The translations under genes were made by a program, and so were the position numbers. From the NCBI RefSeq assembly GCF_001194135.2, contig NC_068982.1, positions 136,079,030 through 136,124,520 on the forward strand: DNA of 45,491 bases, written 5' to 3'. This DNA comes from Octopus bimaculoides (taxonomy: Eukaryota). Positions 36,763 to 45,491 of this stretch are shown piece by piece (within the stretch, counting starts at the first letter, position 1; each line of letters begins with the position of its first letter). Below the pieces are notes generated by a model. The model ran no database searches, was not told the DNA's origin, and was given only the letters and a program-made list of their open reading frames with translations.

Positions 36763-37532
36763 AATCACTCATCTGAGCGGTAAAAACTGCGTCACAAATG
36801 CTCCGCTATATAAAAAAAAGCAAATAGATTCATAATAACATATGTAAGCGATAAATGAAACATCAGAGTTAGACAGAGAAAATATAGCATCGCTATTTTT
36901 AATGTCGAAATAGCCGAGGCAGGTTGAAACAACGTTCATTGAAACTTTATAGAAATGTTTACGTGATTACTTTGTATTAAATACCTTCTAACTTATGGAA
37001 TAGTTTATATTTACGACGAAATGTTTGATGGACACACCCAGGACATATTGAGCATTTAGTGATTCTCACTTATATAACATTCATTCACATGTACTTCTTT
37101 GTTCTAAATACCTTGGGAGGATTGGTATCAGAAGGGCTTAAAACATGGGGCAAAATTGTTGTGCTATNNNNNNNNNNNNNNNNNNNNNNNNNNNNNNNNN
37201 NNNNNNNNNNNNNNNNNNNNNNNNNNNNNNNNNNNNNNNNNNNNNNNNNNNNNNNNNNNNNNNNNNNNNNNNNNNNNNNNNNNNNNNNNNNNNNNNNNNN
37301 NNNNNNNNNNNNNNNNNNNNNNNNNNNNNNNNNNNNNNNNNNNNNNNNNNNNNNNNNNNNNNNNNNNNNNNNNNNNNNNNNNNNNNNNNNNNNNNNNNNN
37401 NNNNNNNNNNNNNNNNNNNNNNNNNNNNNNNNNNNNNNNNNNNNNNNNNNNNNNNNNNNNNNNNNNNNNNNNNNNNNNNNNNNNNNNNTTTACACCACCT
37501 GTCCTCGTCTGTTTTCTTTTTCGTACATTCTT

Positions 37533-37606
<74 letters not shown>

Positions 37607-37815
37607 GTGTGTGTGTGTGTGTGTATGTGTGTGTGTGTGTGTATGTATATATATGCGTATAAGAAGGGATGACCACTAAGTGGACATCCGATATGCTAGA
37701 AAGAGGTCATCAACGACCCAATCTAAAAGAAAATAATGTTCTCTACAAAAAGTTCAGCGAACACCAGAACATAAGCGGGCAAGACAAATGGAAATTTACA
37801 AAATAAAGAATTAAT

Positions 37816-37878
37816 CGTATACCGGTTTCCCCATCAACATTTTTACTTCCGTAAAAACGTCCGTGGTTCATCAGTACG
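37816..37878 (-). ncRNA. Type I hammerhead ribozyme motif with long, GNRA-capped stem II
   Basis: Minus strand: CGTA-CTGATGA-A-CCA-cgg-ACGTTTTTAC-GGAA-GTAAAAATGT-tga-TGG-G-GAAA-CCGG-TA/TACG. Stem III is the palindrome ACCGGT, and the GUA site falls between 37820 and 37819. Confidence 0.82.
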
Positions 37879-38430
37879 CCCGTTCTAAATTCAATATAAT
37901 TTGCAGTACTATACATCAATTGTCTTCATAAAGTTTGATGTGCGTAGAGTTCTACCGATTACATTGGGGTTATTTTTAAATGCCTCAGTTCTGGCGCGCT
38001 AAATTCCGGAAACAGTTCTGCAGAAGATGTTGCCGGTTAGAGAACATAATTATTTAAAATTTATATCTATATACTGAGGATCATAAATTGAATCTTAATT
38101 TAGTTAACATCAATTTAAAACCAGTGGCCTAGCATATAAAAAATTTGAAAATTCAGAAAAAATTGTATTACATGCGTATAAGAAGGGATGACCAATCTGA
38201 AAGAGACAAACGTGGCCTCCATAACGGATTAAGTAAATAGTCATTGAAAAGGTTGCAAGTAACAATAACAGAGCTTCGACAAACAAAAACAAAACAAATC
38301 AGTTAGTTGGATATTTAGGCAATTGACTTATAATAAAGGAGTGAAATTGAACCATAACGTGTGTCAGATATATCGGCATAATGACCCACCCAAGGCACAA
38401 CATATCATACAAACCAGATACAAAGACAAA

Positions 38431-38505
<75 letters not shown>

Positions 38506-38959
38506 NNNNNNNNNNNNNNNNNNNNNNNNNNNNNNNNNNNNNNNNNNNNNNNNNNNNNNNNNNNNNNNNNNNNNNNNNNNNNNNNNNNNNNNNNNNNNNN
38601 NNNNNNNNNNNNNNNNNNNNNNNNNNNNNNNNNNNNNNNNNNNNNNNNNNNNNNNNNNNNNNNNNNNNNNNNNNNNNNNNNNNNNNNNNNNNNNNNNNNN
38701 NNNNNNNNNNNNNNNNNNNNNNNNNNNNNNNNNNNNNNNNNNNNNNNNNNNNNNNNNNNNNNNNNNNNNNNNNNNNNNNNNNNNNNNNNNNNNNNNNNNN
38801 NNNNNNNNNNNNNNNNNNNNNNNNNNNNNNNNNNNNNNNNNNNNNNNNNNNNNNNNNNNNNNNNNNNNNNNNNNNNNNNNNNNNNNNNNNNNNNNNNNNN
38901 NNNNNNNNNNNNNNNNNNNNNNNNNNNNNNNNNNNNNNNNNNNNNNNNNNNNNNNNNNN

Positions 38960-38989
<30 letters not shown>

Positions 38990-38997
<8 letters not shown>

Positions 38998-39400
38998 TCT
39001 CTTTCTGTCTTCTCTTCACTCCTACCCCCTCCTCCCTCAACAGCCCCTCATTGTCAACCCTCACTCGTAACCCCACCCCACCCCTACGCATTCGAGCCCC
39101 ACCTTCCCAGCACCATCACACCAGGCACGACCACACCATGCATCACCATACACTAACTACCATACCGCACACATCTCACATCACACCACATCACACCACC
39201 ACGCACACACTAGCACTGACTAGTTGCCAGCCCTACATCCTCACACTTAGACATACACACACGCACACGTTAAGGTCGCCAGCCCTCTTCTACACGCACA
39301 TACATACTTTCTTATACCTACGCACGCACACCTTAGTTTTTGGATCACCACTACTTTACTATATCCCCTTCTTCCTAACTCTCTTGTCTGATCCTTCTGT
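38990..39400. repeat. Low-complexity C/A-rich tract (CAC/CCA-like units)
   Basis: Seen directly; gives the spurious His/Thr/Pro-rich ORF 39051-39416. Confidence 0.7.
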
Positions 39401-39404
39401 CCGG

Positions 39405-39600
39405 CATTCGCCATGATAGATCGCTAGCCCCTACACGGTCTTTATTTTCTCTCCTTGTTTCTTTCTCTGTTCGTTTCTGTGGAAGAACGTAGGCTCGAAA
39501 CATTAAAGACTTTTTCCCTTCCCGAGTGTTAAACTAATACATCTGTTTGTTGTCTACACCACCTGTCTTCGTCTTTATTTTTTTTTTGTGTGAATTGTCC
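39405..39600 (+). mobile_element. PLE pseudo-LTR-like repeat with variant hammerhead-like motif (CUGUGGA)
   Basis: TTCGTTTCTGTGGAAGAACGTAGGCTCGAAACATTAAAGAC. Its 3' part, ACACCACCTGTC(T/C)TCGTC, also occurs at about 37492-37510. Confidence 0.6.
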
Positions 39601-39601
39601 C

Positions 39602-39646
<45 letters not shown>

Positions 39647-40890
39647 NNNNNNNNNNNNNNNNNNNNNNNNNNNNNNNNNNNNNNNNNNNNNNNNNNNNNN
39701 NNNNNNNNNNNNNNNNNNNNNNNNNNNNNNNNNNNNNNNNNNNNNNNNNNNNNNNNNNNNNNNNNNNNNNNNNNNNNNNNNNNNNNNNNNNNNNNNNNNN
39801 NNNNNNNNNNNNNNNNNNNNNNNNNNNNNNNNNNNNNNNNNNNNNNNNNNNNNNNNNNNNNNNNNNNNNNNNNNNNNNNNNNNNNNNNNNNNNNNNNNNN
39901 NNNNNNNNNNNNNNNNNNNNNNNNNNNNNNNNNNNNNNNNNNNNNNNNNNNNNNNNNNNNNNNNNNNNNNNNNNNNNNNNNNNNNNNNNNNNNNNNNNNN
40001 NNNNNNNNNNNNNNNNNNNNNNNNNNNNNNNNNNNNNNNNNNNNNNNNNNNNNNTGTAATATTAATGCTTGATGAAAATTCTGTTGATGCTATAGTTCCT
40101 ATTATTGTAAATATAGATGTCAGAAGAAGCGAGTACACAGCTACATCAATGAATGTCTTGCTAGATAGAGAATCTATGTGTCTGGGAACTCTATCATGAA
40201 AATGGAACGTCGATAATATACCTCTCTTAATCTTTCAATATTGATTTACAAAATTCGAATACTATTGATCATTGAAGTTTACATCGTGTTCTGCATAATC
40301 TTTCAATGATTTTAGTTTTGCTTCCTTTTTCTTTTCAGTTCAGACGGGTTGACGTATTGTCTACAAAAGGTCAGAGAAGTATATGAATGTTTGGAAAATA
40401 TACTTGATGATCACCAGGTTATTATTTTGGCTTCTGGCTATTAAGAAACAGAGTAGGCGTGAGGGAATTCCAGTATTCGAAAGATATGATGTGAAATTTT
40501 TTGTGAGAAAAATCTTAGCGGTGGAGAGCAGAAGAGTTGACGATGTAATTAGTGGTGAGGGAATAAAACAGGCGGGTGAGAGGTGCGAATCCAGCAGGAA
40601 TATTCGCAGAAATAAACAGAACATGAAATACAGGAAGTAATCAGCACACAGGTGTGTCAGAAATTGTAACGTGTTAGTGAATGATGTTTTGACAATCAGT
40701 TGGATGCGACTTCTTTCTTTCTTTTTTTTTTCTAGTCTACAAAGAGAGAATGTTTGTGTAGGTGTTGCTATGACCCAGTCTCCTGATAACATTGCACTGT
40801 CGATTGTATTTTTACACTGTGCATACGTATCAACTGTTCAGTGCAGAAATAGCGAATAGTGATTGGTAGTGAGGAGAATGTCTTTGTTAA

Positions 40891-40960
40891 ATAAACAGTC
40901 TTACTCTGAATGCATATATATATATATATATATATATGCATTCAGAGTAAGACTGTTTAT
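40891..40960. repeat. Perfect 70-bp palindrome centred on (TA)11
   Basis: ATAAACAGTCTTACTCTGAATGCA-(TA)11-TGCATTCAGAGTAAGACTGTTTAT. Confidence 0.95.
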
Positions 40961-40971
40961 GTATGTGTGTT

Positions 40972-41013
<42 letters not shown>

Positions 41014-41717
41014 AACACACACACACACACATATATGTTGAAATCTATGATGTTTAAAAAAGAATTCCGAAATCGTTTATGAGGTTGTTATGAAACATTT
41101 TTGGGAAGAAGTATTTTTCTATTGTATGAGCACTTTCGTTTAACCTTTTCAAACATACGTGCTCTTAAGGAGGAAATTGTTATTTTTGTGGTAACAGTAG
41201 TATTAATTATTTCCGGTTTATTCCGGGAGTTATGGTTTTAGTCATAAATGTTCTTTTTCGATTGTTTATTATATGGAGTGTTGGCTATTTTCGGTTTCAT
41301 TTCTCATTTAGAATTCTTATAATTATTCTTCTTTTGCCTTTCGTAGTTGTACAATTTCGTCGTTTATTTTGTAAAATAGGAATATTTTAAGAAAGAGAGA
41401 AAATGTTATATAAAATCTATGAGCGAGATATAAACAATAGCATTACGGAACCGTAACATATATTTGCCATCTGAGTGTGGCGTCGTATACAGGGCAGTGT
41501 TACTTAGTATTGGCGAGGAGAGGTCACACTTAGTTGACAAATATGTATGTAAATCTTAAAACGAGCTCGGTCAGGGAACGAATTAAACTCGTACAGCGAG
41601 GAATGACTGTATATATANNNNNNNNNNNNNNNNNNNNNNNNNNNNNNNNNNNNNNNNNNNNNNNNNNNNNNNNNNNNNNNNNNNNNNNNNNNNNNNNNNN
41701 NNNNNNNNNNNNNNNNN

Positions 41718-41951
41718 TCCACAGGATTATCGCTCAGACGCAGATGCACTCTGCATCGACAGCAGATGGCATGGCCAGAATACCGAATGATACCTTTTAG
41801 TGAGCATATTGAGAAATGCGCAAAACAAATGCTACCACAATTTATAATCTTTCCTTTCTATCAATGTACCATTAGAACACCAACACAAATTAGATTAAAT
41901 AAGGAAACCTTTTTCATTCAAAAATACAAACCCAAACTGAACCATTGCTAA
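41718..41951 (+). pseudogene. GIY-YIG endonuclease C-terminal part, probably PLE (5' part lost in a gap)
   Basis: STGLSLRRRCTLHRQQMAWPEYRMIPFSEHIEKCAK..FIIFPFYQ..RLNKETFFIQKYKPKLN* shows the T-x3-L-x2-R-x3-H helix, the catalytic E-x2-FI and the terminal P-x-LN. Confidence 0.7.
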
Positions 41952-42855
41952 CACATTTAAATAAGGAAATTCATCACCCCACTGAGAGGGAAAAAATATA
42001 GAACAAAACCATGGTACATTTATCAAATTCTACCACCTCCTAGATTTCGATAATCTCCCTTATACAGGAAGAAATCCCTAATTACCTCCCCCTATCTAGA
42101 ACTTTTCTTTTCAGACTGGAGCGAACACATGTTACAATGAAGTAGAGAAATTTGAAAAGACAATACGAAATCGGTTATTTCTCCAAATACAATGTTTATA
42201 TACCCAAAAAAATTTATAACATTTTTCTAACATTTTTCTGACATAATTTAAATATATACTTTAACCATGTAACACAAGCCTTCTGTAGTTTTTTCAGTNN
42301 NNNNNNNNNNNNNNNNNNNNNNNNNNNNNNNNNNNNNNNNNNNNNNNNNNNNNNNNNNNNNNNNNNNNNNNNNNNNNNNNNNNNNNNNNNNNNNNNNNNN
42401 NNNNNNNNNNNNNNNNNNNNNNNNNNNNNNNNNNNNNNNNNNNNNNNNNNNNNNNNNNNNNNNNNNNNNNNNNNNNNNNNNNNNNNNNNNNNNNNNNNNN
42501 NNNNNNNNNNNNNNNNNNNNNNNNNNNNNNNNNNNNNNNNNNNNNNNNNNNNNNNNNNNNNNNNNNNNNNNNNNNNNNNNNNNNNNNNNNNNNNNNNNNN
42601 NNNNNNNNNNNNNNNNNNNNNNNNNNNNNNNNNNNNNNNNNNNNNNNNNNNNNNNNNNNNNNNNNNNNNNNNNNNNNNNNNNNNNNNNNNNNNNNNNNNN
42701 TATATATATATGTGTGTGTGTGTGTGTGCATACATATATATATGTGTATATACATACATATATATATAGAATAAAATGTTTTGAATGACACAACAATGCT
42801 CTATGATACAAATAATGAACTATAATAACTGTTATAATTTAATCATCCATAGTCT

Positions 42856-42895
42856 GATATGATATTTCGGAATAAAAATTCCTTCTTCAGATATC
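42856..42895 (-). ncRNA. Minimal PLE-type hammerhead ribozyme motif
   Basis: Minus strand: GATAT-CTGAAGA-A-GGAAT-TTTT-ATTCC-GAAA-TA-TC/ATATC. Stems I and II are perfect 5 bp, stem III is a loopless palindromic ATAT, and the AUC site falls between 42861 and 42860. Confidence 0.87.
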
Positions 42896-43792
42896 CCTAG
42901 GAATTGATGGAATCGCTGCTATAATCACTTTTCAACAGCTTTTCTGTTTATTTTTTTTTCGAAAGTGTCTCAGCAGTGGCCTCACGAAGCTCTTTCCGGA
43001 ATTCCTCATGAGAAGTGCTTGAGGTCGTTCATGTCTCAATCTTGTATATGCTGGCACATCCGTAGCGCTGCTTCTAAGTTGTGCAGCTTAACAAATACCC
43101 TATTTTAGCGAGATGTTAACTACAGTCATCCGAAGAACCATAAGAAGAGAATGGCTAGACATACAACTAGCCCACCTGGCTCCTCTCTGAGAAGACACTT
43201 CGCAAAGAAACGAACAAGGGACAACAATGAATGCACATTAACAAACTGTCCCATCCGTGACACAGATTTATGTCAGCAGATAAATGTTGTGTATAGAATA
43301 CAATGTAACAAATGCAACACGTTCTATGTGCGTAGCACAACAAGACCATTACACGTCTGTATCAAAGAACATCTGAACAAGATAACCCCCTCCTTCAGGA
43401 AACATCTAGACAGATGGCTGAACACCAACAAAAGCATAACAGTCACAATTGAGGCCAATGAAAGAAATTTGTGTAATTTAAGAATAAAGGAAGCTATGCT
43501 CATACATAGACTAGGGCCCCAAATTAACAGCAGGCTGAAGGTTGGTAATCAATATATTATTAAGCTACATCTGTATGCGAGTAGGTTCATTTTTAGATAA
43601 CATGCTCATGTATTGTTTATAACAAAAAAAAAAAAAAAAGAGAGTAAAGGAAAAATGGAGAAGGGGAAAAAAGGAAGCTGCACGTATAACATATAACTTA
43701 GAAACAGCACTACATATGTGCCAGCACACACGAGATTGAGACATGGCTGACCTCACGCACTTCTCATGTGGGTTTCCGGAAGGAGCTTCGTG
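42856..43792 (+). mobile_element. 5'-truncated Penelope-like element with inverted 5' pseudo-LTR
   Basis: 43090-43530 (+) encodes QIPYFSEMLTTVIRRTIRREWLDIQLAH / CQQINVVYRIQCNKCNTFYVRSTTRPLHVCIKEH..NLRIKEAMLIHRLGPQINSR (GIY-YIG). The 3' UTR at 43675-43792 is mirrored at 42983-43089 (-), which continues into the HHR. Confidence 0.85.
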
Positions 43793-43926
43793 TATATATT
43801 TGGTAAAACAAAAAATTAACAATGACTACCCCGAAATACAACAACATAATATATATATATATATATTACGGAAATGTACTTGCATAGCAAGTGACCTGAA
43901 GTGAGATCTTGTGCTGGAACGAAAAC

Positions 43927-44207
43927 AATTGCAGCGTGGAAGGTGTTTATAAGCCATTTAAGAAACACACAAAAACCGTTAGATTCACTTCAACATTTAA
44001 ATTTAGTTTGCCAAAATATTTTCGTCGCTTTGAGATTACGACCTGTTCACTGAAAAAATTCCGTGCTGCATGGAATTTTGTCAGTGAACAGGTCGCAGTC
44101 TCAAAGCAACGAAAATATTTTGGCAAACTAAATTTAAATCTTGAAGTGAATCTAACGGTTTTTGTGTGTTTCTTAAATGGCTTATAAACACCTTTTACAC
44201 TGCAATT
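43927..44207. repeat. 281-bp near-perfect palindrome (MITE/foldback-like)
   Basis: Two 140-bp arms, symmetric about T44067 with no net indel and only scattered substitutions. Confidence 0.92.
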
Positions 44208-44525
44208 ATANNNNNNNNNNNNNNNNNNNNNNNNNNNNNNNNNNNNNNNNNNNNNNNNNNNNNNNNNNNNNNNNNNNNNNNNNNNNNNNNNNNNNNNNNN
44301 NNNNNNNNNNNNNNNNNNNNNNNNNNNNNNNNNNNNNNNNNNNNNNNNNNNNNNNNNNNNNNNNNNNNNNNNNNNNNNNNNNNNNNNNNNNNNNNNNNNN
44401 NNNNNNNNNNNNNNNNNNNNNNNNNNNNNNNNNNNNNNNNNNNNNNNNNNNNNNNNNNNNNNNNNNNNNNNNNNNNNNNNNNNNNNNNNNNNNNNNNNNN
44501 NNNNNNNNNNNNNNNNNNNNNNNNN

Positions 44526-44570
<45 letters not shown>

Positions 44571-45244
44571 GAGAATTTACGAATGACTTCTACTTTAACC
44601 TCGGATCGAACAAAACCTGGTCACTTAATTTGTTAATGCACAAACGATCAATCCCACAGACACACACACTCAGACACAGCCATGCGTGAATGTATCTTAT
44701 GATAATTGAAATAAACTTTGCCTGTCTAGGTGGGTGATGCTTTATATCGTATAGAGAGAGAAGGAGAAGTGGGAAGAGATGAGAGACACTGAGAGATTTA
44801 ACTGAAGAGATACGAATTCGGTGACTTACAAGTCTCTGAAAAAGACGCATTTTGAAATGATATTTAGCAGAGATAGGTTTTTAAATGTGAAGATTGCAAT
44901 TATATTGTGAAAATTTAAAAAAGAAAGAACACATTTATTGTAAATATACAAATAAAAATTTGTTTTATTTAATATACTTTAAAGTAATAAGTATTTTTTA
45001 TAGAAAATTAGTATTGATTTCATCATTTTGTATAAGCAACAAGAAATCTGAGTGAAGTTAAATGATAATGATTCTATGTATACTATCTTAGCAAAGGTAT
45101 ACTTCGAAAGTTTCCCGCCCGATGGCGGGTAACATCATCACAAGCACACACACATAAATATACACCTGCATAAAAAGATAAAATAAATAAAATAAATGCG
45201 ACCTTTAAAAGCCTAGCCAGTTTCCTGTTTTCAATGGCATATGT

Positions 45245-45428
45245 ATTTCCCAGCTGGACAGGACGCCAGTTCATCGCAGAGTTACTCATTTTGCCAGCTG
45301 AATGAACTGGAGCAACGTAAAATAAAGTGTTTTGCTCAAGAACATAAGGCGTCGCCCGGTACAGAAATCAAAACCACAATCTAACGATCATGATGCTGAC
45401 ACCCTAACCACTAAGCCACGCGCCTCCA
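45245..45428 (-). mobile_element. SINE with D-type head and E-type body
   Basis: Minus-strand GTGGAGGCGCGTGGCTTAGTGGTTAGGG head and TTCTTGAGCAAAACACTTTATTTTACGTTGCTCCAG core. Confidence 0.82.
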
Positions 45429-45454
45429 CATACATGTACATACATGCATATATA

Positions 45455-45491
<37 letters not shown>

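Overview
AT-rich eukaryotic genomic DNA from a gapped draft assembly (13 N-gaps, many microsatellites). Its repeats look like cephalopod (Octopus-like) DNA; this is inferred from recognising the repeat families, not from a search. I could not support any intact host protein-coding gene. The window holds: (i) a 4 kb nest of R4/Dong-clade site-specific non-LTR retrotransposon pieces, all bordered by (TAA)n. Two tandem copies are internally deleted, with the N-terminal Myb-like region joined directly to the 3' end at different breakpoints. (ii) At least four Penelope-like element (PLE) coding remnants, one with a clear inverted pseudo-LTR. (iii) Four sequence-unrelated type I hammerhead ribozyme (HHR) motifs, all on the minus strand. 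Each has an exact CUGANGA/GAAA/NUH core, a complementary stem I and a palindromic stem III; several degenerate HHRs are also present, some as head-to-head inverted pairs. (iv) About 20 copies of modular tRNA-derived SINEs, three with clear 15-16 bp target-site duplications (TSDs). (v) Several palindromes or MITE-like elements. All structures were paired by eye, and no database or folding program was run.
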